A stretch of 64,000 nucleotides of DNA, from positions 124,001-188,000 of the forward strand of contig MU006090.1 in NCBI GenBank assembly GCA_010093705.1. Direction: 5' to 3'. Positions 1 through 9,717 of this stretch are shown here, piece by piece. Positions within the stretch are counted from its first letter, which is position 1, and each line of letters starts with the position of its first letter. The position numbers and the translations under genes are program-made. Below the pieces are notes generated by a model. That model was not told where the DNA came from, searched no databases, and was given only the letters and a program-made list of their open reading frames with translations. Source of the DNA: Patellaria atrata CBS 101060 (Eukaryota).

Positions 1-531
1 ACTCCGCACTCTTATTCCTATAACCTGCCCGAAAGCGCTCACGCCTCTGTCTGTCCGCCCACATTTGGAGTATTCGCACCCCTCCCAGTTAACCTCTTCT
101 GAACCAGTCAGTCCTAACCCGAGGTCCTTTAGCCGCTGCTCGACAGCTATGTTCATACGAGTGCTCCTCTCTTTTGTACCGTTGTTATTTTCTCCCTCCT
201 TGACCTTGGATTTGGGGAGAATCAACCTCGTTTTCGTCAGAGCACGCCATAGTACCTCCTCAATTGTAGGTAATGGGGTATCATTTCCAACATGATGCTC
301 ATAGCCATTATAATTCTGCCCTAGATATGCAAATTTGAGGGCTATGAAGCGAGTGGAGTATTTGGAGGGATCGAACGGTTTGGGTGGTTTATGTTGTTTG
401 GGTGGAGGGACGTTCGAACAGTTGACGGCAGCGAAACCTGCATTTTGTGCCGCGAGTCGGCTCTCGAGTTCAATAATGCGCGCGATTAATGATGTGTTAT
501 CCCATGTTTGGTAATCTACGGATCCGGCCAT
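1..531 (-). CDS. DEG1: tRNA pseudouridine(38/39) synthase, TruA family (5' part; runs off the window start)
   Basis: Manual translation from the ATG at 531 gives MAGSVDYQTWDNTSLIARIIELESRL...KPFDPSKYSTRFIALKFAYLGQNYNGYE...VNWEGCEYSKCGRTDRGVSAFGQVIGIRVRS. This carries the TruA catalytic GRTD-GVSA-GQV motif and Pus3-type N-terminal motifs. Absent from the ORF track because it has no stop codon in the window. Confidence 0.92.
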   Translation of the reverse strand, partial: MAGSVDYQTWDNTSLIARIIELESRLAAQNAGFAAVNCSNVPPPKQHKPPKPFDPSKYSTRFIALKFAYLGQNYNGYEHHVGNDTPLPTIEEVLWRALTKTRLILPKSKVKEGENNNGTKERSTRMNIAVEQRLKDLGLGLTGSEEVNWEGCEYSKCGRTDRGVSAFGQVIGIRVRS

Positions 532-906
532 GACAGTATGTGTGGGAGAATAATGCAGAACGTGCACTGCGTTGCTGAAACTACATGTGTGTCTTGGATA
601 ACGGAACGAAAGATGGTGGGTCAAACGTAACTTGAATACCTCTTCTTTAGTTAGAGATGCGATTCCACTTCGCCTCATCACTGACTTCAAAATCTTCCCT
701 ACTCTTTAGGGTGGGTTCATATAACCAGCCCAGAGGACATCGATATACTGTACAGTAAATTTGCTTATTCATCCACACTAGCGTCAACTTCGGACGGTAC
801 TGAACTGCATTGGATCGGAGGTCTGCTTTTTCCACTATTTACTGTAAGTCACCTTGATCCCTCATAGATTATTACTCATAGCTCTATGAAAAGGTGAGGA
901 GAGATC

Positions 907-1987
907 ATGTCGAATATGTCTGCAAGCTACGAAGTTTCCAATGTGAAACCCATTACCATCTTTTCTTCTTATATGCTCCTCGCGATTACCCTCACCTCCT
1001 TTATCATACGACGGTTAATCCAGAGCTCCCCAACTTCTATTCGACCGAAAAATGATACATTTAAAATCATATTATTTTCCATACTTGCAATTATCAGCCT
1101 TGGAACCACTTGGTTCTACATGTTGGAATTCTTCAAATACTCGTACCGGTTATGGGCGGAGAGACGAGATATAAAGTTACCTGAAAGTTTTCAAGCCGGA
1201 CTCTTGAGCATTGGAAGCAATGATAAACATAGCTTGCGACTTGGTAGTTGGTTAAAAGATAGTAAATTGTTTAAAGAAGCTTGGGGAACTGCTCTTGAGA
1301 CTCCATTACGCCAATGGTGGACGCAGCAGATCTTCTTCTTCGCTGCGCTTCTGAGCTTGCTCATGTGTAAGTTGTTCTTCTAGAGACTAGGTATTATTCA
1401 AGCTCATCCTCGCAGCATATGAGGTCCATATATCTCATGCATGGGCTTTCGTACTGTTAGGCCAGCTCGTCGCCATATCCTTCGCATCGAATCTGTTCTT
1501 TCTAGCTGTGCTGGTCAAATCAGAATCATCGAAAAGTCGCAGCAAGATAAAGACTAAAGACTTCCTGGAAGAGAAACCAGTTGATCCATCTTGGATTGTC
1601 TCCTTTATATTCCAGGGTATACCGCTTATATTCACCCTGGTCTGCGTCGTCCTTATTCCTTACGTCCAAGAAACACAGTATTTTCTTCCAGTCCTACTTG
1701 TACCACATGCAGTCCTCTTTATTCCTCCATTATTGCCTCAGCTTGTAAAGGGTTCTAGCAGTGTTTTTCAGCGTGATAACACTAACCGGAAAGCTCTGTT
1801 GGAGACTATCTTCGTGCTTTCTTTTACGTTTCTTCAGATCACCGCCACCACCAAAAGCGTTGATAACTGGAGGTTTGAACCGATATGGCAGACTCTATAT
1901 GAGCATCCTGCCGTAAGTAGTGTCGGGTGGGACGTCATCATGTGCACAATTAGTTATACTCTATGGACCTTGGTGGGGAAATCGTAA
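907..1987 (+). CDS. Polytopic integral membrane protein of unknown function (2 exons, intron 1367-1415)
   Basis: ORFs 907-1383 and 1508-1987 join in frame through a GTAAGT...CGCAG intron (…LLMSYEVHISHAWAFVLLGQLVAISFASNLFFLAVL…). Many hydrophobic helices; C-terminal HPAVSSVGWDVI. Confidence 0.8.
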
Positions 1988-2070
1988 AATCATTTTGATC
2001 TACTGGCTGACCGCATGCGTCCGCATGCTTGAGTATCCACAGTCGTACTACGAGGAACAACTTCAAGGGA

Positions 2071-3210
2071 CTATATCTTAGCAATGACGATGACGCCTCT
2101 CACGATTCTAGATCTTGCCCACCATTTAAAAAGCCACTTTGCTATTCGAAATGGACCAATTCCAAGGCCAATCGCCGCCAATTCCTTCTCCCGACGTTCG
2201 AGGAATCGAGCTAGAGGGCCAAAGCAGTGCTCTGATATGTCCCGGATTATCACATCGCCCTTGTAACCGACATTTTCAAGCATGTGACGGTATTCTGCTT
2301 CGGTCAGAAAGGCTCCTGCAGGACATCCCATGAAGCGGGCTATGATGGATAGGAGGAGTCTAGAGGTTGGAGTGGCAGAATCGGAAAGAAGGAGATCAAA
2401 CGCCATCAACGAAGCCTTTAGCTTTGATACGGAAAATTCTAGAATCGGTTCCCGGGAAGGAGAAAAGTGGTACAGAGTATCCAGAGCGAGCAACCAGACC
2501 TCCTCGTCTGGGGTAACCGCAGCTTTCTTTACTGTTAGACTTAGAACCTCCGACATCAACCTCTTGTTCCAGGATTGGGGCTTTGCTGCGTCTGCACAGA
2601 ACAAGCGATAGCTCTCGAATGATTCGGGATGCACAGCGCAAGCCTTTTGGATTCGCTGTTCGGCGTAGGCATGTTGGGCTTGGTTGTTTGTTATGCCAAC
2701 ATATGTAGTTCTCGTCTCGATCAGGCAATCTTTCAAGGCCATCGTCTGGTCACCACAGCCAAATCCGACATCAAGAATCGATATACGTCTTTCACTTAGA
2801 CTATCATCAGAAGAGTTTAGTAGTCCAGCTGATTTGAGCACTTCATTCAGGAGTGCCGAACTAGCGTGACGCAGATCAGATGCTTCCGCTTTCTGAATAC
2901 TCATTAGACTGACGAAAAGTGTGACGGGCAAAGGTTTCCGCACTTTCCAATATCCCATATTCATCCACATCGTTGTTGGTAAGTCCAAGTTCAATCGACC
3001 ATGATCCAATCCGTAGATGGCTTCACCCTTTTTGGAATTTCTACAGGTCGCTTTTTTTAGTAAGATGCTAAGGATCGGGAACGAGGTCAAGCCCGCTATC
3101 CAAAATGTGAGATATGTCCCAACCGTCCTCCATGACCACAGAAACAGGTGACCTTTGAACATCAGGATCGTAATTGATGCTGGACATATTATCCAGAATA
3201 GAGTCTTCAT
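2071..3210 (-). CDS. Class I SAM-dependent methyltransferase with hydrophobic N-terminus (probable in-frame intron 2893-2943)
   Basis: WMNMGYW pre-motif, motif I ILDVGFGCGDQ, CADA and LALDTLYHF; two hydrophobic N-terminal segments; a GTGCGG...CTAAT...CAG intron-like segment of 51 nt. Confidence 0.85.
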   Translation of the reverse strand: MKTLFWIICPASITILMFKGHLFLWSWRTVGTYLTFWIAGLTSFPILSILLKKATCRNSKKGEAIYGLDHGRLNLDLPTTMWMNMGYWKVRKPLPVTLFVSLMSIQKAEASDLRHASSALLNEVLKSAGLLNSSDDSLSERRISILDVGFGCGDQTMALKDCLIETRTTYVGITNNQAQHAYAEQRIQKACAVHPESFESYRLFCADAAKPQSWNKRLMSEVLSLTVKKAAVTPDEEVWLLALDTLYHFSPSREPILEFSVSKLKASLMAFDLLLSDSATPTSRLLLSIIARFMGCPAGAFLTEAEYRHMLENVGYKGDVIIRDISEHCFGPLARFLERREKELAAIGLGIGPFRIAKWLFKWWARSRIVRGVIVIAKI

Positions 3211-3521
3211 AGTTTTTTCATTAGCTTAATTAATGCTGAATAATACACAGAACTCTTGCACGTTTGGTGGATCTCTCATGTCATTCGGGTCCCCTTGGTC
3301 CGTTGCGAGATTGAAACATGCGGATAAGCTGACTAACCAGAAGGTCAATACCTACCTTATCCATAGATCATCCCCATGGATCCTTCTCTCCTACACAACT
3401 TTATCACAAGTACAAAAATAGCAGAAAAGTCCTCATCTGCACTCGAGTGCGTTAGGGTATCATATATCTAGCGCTGCAAAGGCGACGACATCAACTCATC
3501 ACTTCATATACCTTCCAATTG

Positions 3522-4981
3522 CTACCATGGGACCTCAACATCGAATGCTTTTGCAACACGCATTGCGGAAACAACGCAGCCTTCCAAAAGAACCATACCA
3601 TCCCAACACCATCCTCCGACAAGCCAAACACCTTGGTCCCCATTCTTCCAATACGGTCGTTTCTCATCCCCTGGATACCAATTTGGCCCCTCATTCTGGA
3701 AGACCTCATTGAGAATCCTCCTGCTCTTCGGCGTCCGTAGGACTCTCGTAAATCTTGATGCGTGAACAACTTCACCTGCATCAATTGATGTGAACGGGCA
3801 GGTAATTACCCTGGCTCCATAGCTCTTTTCCTCGACAGCTTCGGTCCGGGCATCATCTCCTAATGTGGTTCGAAGATGAATCATCTGTGCCCCCTTTTCG
3901 TCTGAGTCTCTATCCGCTACACCCACATACCTCTTGTCTGAGTAAGTGGCGACATTACGGCTTTGACAGCCAATACGCACCATACTCTCAACGCGAAGTG
4001 TCGGTAGAAATCGCATGCTGGCCCTTAGCGGTTCATAGATGCTCCCTACAACATTTGGAGCTACTGCAAGAATTACCCTATCGAAGGTCTCTTCTGTGAC
4101 TGTACCAACTCCTGGTCTCGTGTTCATCCAACTAATCTTGATCGTGGGCCCTAAGGGCTTTACTTCGAGGATTCTTGCACACATTCGTGACGTTAACCCC
4201 CGAGCGAGCCGTCGTTGTACCACTCCAACTCCGTTAGAGACTGCATAGTGCTGAGCTCGGTGAGTCTTCTTCTTGTAATCAACGATGTCCCTCGCTGGAA
4301 AATTTAAAACTGCGCTATGCGGGCATGTCGCAACACTAGACATTAAAGGAAGTAGATAGTAATTTGTAAAGTGGCTAGGAAGCATAATCCTTTGTAGATA
4401 CCGCTCGAACGTTTCACATTCCGAGCCTTGGGCAACAGGTTTAGGAGTAACATAAAAACAGCAAAAGGTGAACCATGCGTACCACACCAGCAGGTACAGG
4501 ATCTCGAAAATATGTTCAATCGTGCTCATCCCCTCTGGTTTGATAGGCGGCAATCGATGATTATTTGACGAATGTACAAAATAAGGTACCGCTTCGTTTT
4601 GTTTCGACGCTCCATCCGATTGTGTGACAATTTTTGAAAAGGTGAAGAGAAAGGGTTTCTGGTGATACGGGACTTGAAGATGGTCGTACATCGCTTTCAA
4701 ATTCTGATAGAAACCACCGGCGAAAGCACGCATTGGAAGATCCACACGCTCATGACCATCGCCGCGGCGATTTGGTACGGAGAGGGAAGCAGCGTCTAAG
4801 GAAAAGTCGTTGCCCTAAACTTGGTCAGAAGAGCGAGACGGAAAGAAAGATAAGACAATACCTCTTCGAATAAGGTTACCGCATACCGCTGCTTCTTGTC
4901 GCGCTGTAGAAGGTACGCGGTGACCAATCCCGCCATTCCTGAGCCTACAACGGCAATGCGCAAACGACGAATGTCCTCCAT
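3522..4981 (-). CDS. FAD/NAD(P)-binding oxidoreductase, amine-oxidase/COG2907-like (2 exons)
   Basis: Exon 1 has the Rossmann motif RIAVVGSGMAGLVTAYLL...TLFE. A GTATTG...CTGAC...TAG intron is followed by GNDFSLDAAS...RVDLPMRAF...YQNL. The C-terminal GVWLVGGWCWDGMVLLEGCVVSAMRVA is the typical closing FAD-binding motif. Confidence 0.85.
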
Positions 4982-5490
4982 GCTGTAGAGGCAAGTATGG
5001 AATTTACTGAAGGAATCTTTCCTGAAGATATTACTGTTCTGTGCAGCGCATTGTGGGGAAAGGCCGAGTATAACGGAGAGAATACAGTTAGTTAATTATT
5101 CTGAAGCTCTGACATCAATTCAGTAAGGAAATAATATCCAAAGCTAGAATGTAAAGGAGACAATTGACACCGTATACCGTAGCCCCGATCAGGTATGGGG
5201 TTTTTGGGCTGACATCATGAACACGCGCGCGTGCTCGGCGAAACAGCTTACCTTAGATTTGGAACTAGGACTAATTCAGACGTCATATACTGTACCGAAA
5301 TATATATTTGAAATGATTAATCGAAATGTTGTTGGAACGGGATGTTACCTTATACTTACCATCTTTAACGACTATCACCATGAGCATCAAACGTTTAGGT
5401 CTATAAAAAGGGTCTTCCAAGCTGTCAGAAGTCTAGTTCTAGATTAGACCCAGAGATAGTCGCCGGTTGAGCACCGTCAGCCCCGTCAAG

Positions 5491-7449
5491 ATGATCAGAG
5501 TCGCGATTATTGGAGCAGGGTACGGGCATCCCCCCAAGGTCCGGAATTTGAGTAGTTCGTTGCTGAAAACCATTTTGCGTATAGCCCAGCCGGCTTGGTT
5601 ACCTTGAAGACCATTTTGGAAGCTTCAACCTCGGAGAGACCAATAGAAGCGTGCTTGTTTGAAGCGTACGTTTTCCAGTACCTTATGCTCAACCTCATCA
5701 ATTACTAATCATTTGACAGTGAGGATGGCATCGGAGGCACTTTCAATTACCGTTCGTATGAGAACGCTGAGCTCGTAAGCTCGAAGCAGTTGACAGCGTT
5801 CTCTGATCACCGCTTCTCGTTGGAAACTTCGGACCACGTCTCTTTACCTCAGTATGTCCACTATCTTCAATCGTACGTTGAACGGTTTGATCTCAATGCA
5901 CATATCAAGCTTGGTTGTCGAGTGACCGGGATCACGCCTCTTGATTCTAAGCAGAAGTGGAAGCATCGTGTAGCATACAGGACGAAAGACCAAGCAGATC
6001 ATGCCTTTGAATGCTCTCACGTTGCTATCTGCACTGGACTTCACGTCGACCCTAATATCCCAACCATTCCGGGCATTGAATACGTGCCAGAGGCATATCA
6101 CTCCTCAAATTATAAGAACAGATCTCAGCTTACCGGTCGAGATATTCTCATCTTGGGCTGTGGGGAGACTGCAATGGGTAAGTGATTCCACTCGCCTTTG
6201 TCCCTTAAAATATTGATATCATTGTCAGACATTGCGTATGAGTCTATCAAAGCAAATGCGTCTTCCGTTACTATGTGTTATCGAACGGGTTTCCTGTCGT
6301 TTCCCAAGGCATTGAGTCGATTTCAGGTCTTCGGGAAACAATTCAAAGGTGGTCTCCCAATTGACGGGCTAATTACTAATCTCTTCGAAACCGCGTATGT
6401 CCATCGAGCTATTGCCCAAAGCCGATTGCGCTGGTTTGTGTCAGATTATGTCATCAAGCGTGTCTTGTGGTTCTTGACAGGCACTCACGCGGGAATGAAT
6501 CAACACATCGGAGCATTGCCTAAAGAGAGACTAGGGAGGGCGTATGTTTTTTTGAATAAAAGTAACAAGGCAATGCCGTATCTAAACCGACCATACCAGG
6601 AGAACAACAGATTCTTGGACTTTCTGGGCAATAAGTATATTGACCCGCCAGAAGATGCAAACTCGGAGAGATGGGTCGACACATGTTCATTTCCATCCTT
6701 CATAGATCCCTCTGGACAAGTAACATTCGAACCAAGGCCAGATAGAAAGGATTGGCACAGAATGAAGAATAAGGTAGTCAAACCGACAACTGTTATTTAC
6801 TGCACAGGGTAAAAGAGCTCCGCTTGCTGTCGTATAGATAAATGCCTAACGTCAATGCAGATATAAGCAAGACTTCGACTGGCTGCATCCATCGTACCCA
6901 AATGCTGGTCAGGCGAGCGTTCGCAATATCGTCAACGCCTCGCACCCCGACATTGCCTTTATAGGATTTGTTAGGCCGGGTGTGGGTGCTATTCCCCCTA
7001 TTACTGAACAACAGGCCATGTGGTGGACTGCTCTTATATTGGGGCGCATGGCCATACCTCGTGATCCTCCGCACTACCATCTTTTATCAGCAAAGGAGTC
7101 GAGGATCCAATATGGTGTTGACCACAGCGCCTACATGAGCACGCTTGCCCGCGACTTTGGCGGAGCACCCGGACTATTGCAGCTCTGGAAACGTCATGGC
7201 TTTCGAGTCCTCCTCACATATTGTTTCGGGGCTTCGTTCGTGACCTTCTATCGGTTAACGGGCCCCTTTGAGAGTCCAGACGCTCCCAAAGTTGCTTCTA
7301 GTGAGCTGGCTGAGACGATCATAAGAAGAGGCATCATTGGTAACATTCTCTTTGGACTCATTCCGATGCTGTTTTATGGCGTTATCAATGCTGTGGTGTA
7401 TATTCTAGACATGTGTGGACTGATTCCAGCGGAACCGCAAATGCAGTGA
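5491..7449 (+). CDS. Flavin-containing monooxygenase (FMO-like) with C-terminal membrane segment (5 exons)
   Basis: Spliced reading gives MIRVAIIGAG/PAGLVTLK...LFEA/EDGIGGTF...LVSSKQLTAFSD, CTGLH, HSSNYK, the NADPH motif LGCGETAM/DIA, YCTG/Y and FIGFVRP-VGAIP. Four GT-AG introns; hydrophobic C-terminus. Confidence 0.9.
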
Positions 7450-8405
7450 AGTCTCTCCTTAGTTCTCAATATCCTTCTGTTGTCTCTTGACTGGAGACAT
7501 GAAATCGCGTACTCCACCTACTTTCAACAATCCAAGTGGTCTTCATGGTCAAGTTCAACGTCAAGTTAACGCGGAGCCTGAAAGCAGAACCTTTTTGCCC
7601 TTTTCCTGTCCAATTTTGTGCATATGTCTGGGCTACGAGAAGCTTCCCCGTCGCAAAGTAAAGTCGTTGACAAAACCCCACGATAGCTGTGGGGTATATT
7701 GTCAGTTCATTAAGTATAGATGCCAGGGATGTTCTTCAGCGCTTAGCTATTCGGCTCATACATTCATCACGTAAGATATACGAAGTTCCAATGGATATCG
7801 AATCATAGCCTTGAAGTTTGGATTCTACAGATCACTGGGTCTGGGCATATGATCGGGCCCCAAGTACCTCTTATAGCTTACCAGAAACAGTTGTCCATTT
7901 ATTATATGTTAGGCTCATGGATTGCACCTGTTCTCGGTTCGCACATAGTACTTTCCACCTACTTAGGGCTAATATTTCCTCTAGGCCAGGATAGCTATAT
8001 ACATATACGAAACCCGTCCAATCAGAGGCCACCGAAGGTGCTTATATAGACAACAGCTGCACTTATGTCTGTATAATTATATTAGCATTCTGTACTTGCA
8101 TATCCGCGCCGACTCGGCCTACACGGAGCTTGAGATCCCAAATCGTGGTCCTTAGGGGTATAAGTATTAATCTCGACAGCCCCGAGGATATTGGAGACTC
8201 GAACCGAAGAGCCCGAGTGTAACATGGAGTGGTGTTTGACAAGCTTCCCCTCATACTATACTTGGGCGGGTAAAGTACACTATAGAGGTACACCATGAAA
8301 ACATGCAAAAGATAGAGGGAATAAATAGGTGGATGGCTTCGTTGAACAGTTATTCGAGAGAATCACACGGCGATATCTTTAGAATACCGTTCATTCACCT
8401 TCGCA

Positions 8406-9422
8406 ATGCTCCTTAAGGCTTTCTCAATCGCGGCTTCCCTGACCTTGGAAGCCTCCGCTCATGGAGGTATATCAAGGTACTTCATTGAAGGCAAAGAGTA
8501 TCCTGGGTGAGTAATATTCGTCATCCATTACCTGAAGCAAGTATCCCAACCCTCTAACCTAACTCCAGCAATGTCCCCTATGCCGCTGCTGCCACGCAAC
8601 AGAACACTATCCAACGACGCTGGTGGCCTGATCCGATATACGATATCAAGCACCCTTCCATGACCTGCAACCGAAATTCAGATCCTGGAACCAGCTTCCC
8701 GAGCCTACACGCGCCCATCGCCGCCGGCGGCAATATCACCGTCGACTACTCACGCCAGCTGGACTGCTTCGACCTCGGCCCCGGTGGCAACACCACGGCA
8801 TGCCTTGGATACCAGAATTCTTGGGTTCATTGTAAAGGAGGCATCGTAGCATACATTGCCGCCTGCAACGGGCCATGCGAGGATTTCGATGGCAAGGGAA
8901 AAGTATGGTTTAAGATCTATGAAGGGGGTTTGCTACCAGGGGGGAAGGTGGGGAGCTGCGACTGGGAGCAGCCTGATGCGACGCATTATGGCTGGGAAAC
9001 GCCGGAGGGCAAGGTTTTACCCGGTTGGACGGTCAAGATTCCAGAGAACCTCAGGCCGGGGAATTATTTGATCAGGCACGAGATCATGATGATTGAATTG
9101 TCCCCGATACAAATGTATCCGAACTGTGCGAATTTGAGGGTTGAGGGGACTGGAGATGCTTTCCCGGGTGAGGAGTATCTGGTTGAATTTCCGGGGGCTT
9201 ATGAGTTGACCGGTGAGTACCTTTCTCTTATCGTGCGTGCTTTGTAGGGAACGTGTGTGCTAATGGGATTGTAGATCCGGGTATTGCGATTGCAGGAACC
9301 GTCTATTATCCCGAGTCAAGAGATCTCACGGTAAGCCGGGTTCCGTACCTTTATGATAGACTATGAGACTAATCGAGGGGTAGAACTACACTATCCCGGG
9401 CCCGAAGGTATGGCAAGGATAG
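8406..9422 (+). CDS. Lytic polysaccharide monooxygenase, AA9 family (secreted, 4 exons)
   Basis: Signal peptide MLLKAFSIAASLTLEASA followed by His1 (HGG); WVHCKG..AYIAAC; WFKI; IPENLRPGNYLIRHE; QMYPNC; FPGAY; final exon NYTIPGPKVWQG*. Confidence 0.92.
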
Positions 9423-9717
9423 GAAGAGTTACGGAATAGGCTATTTTTGAAAAGGAGCAATGTTTCGCACGGGTCATTACGAAGATCTTCAATAACAATG
9501 AACTTAGCAATTCGATTCAACCTTGGGAACGTACATGATATCATACAACACAGTCCATTTAAACTCATCCCAGTGCCTTGAAATGACCCTCATTACAATG
9601 GCAAATGATAATCCCAATAACGCGTTTGCCAACGAACTTTCCCTCTGTGACATAATTGCTCAATGCGCCAGCCCTCCACTCGATAGGAATAGTGTTATAC
9701 AAGAATGTGTAAAATGG

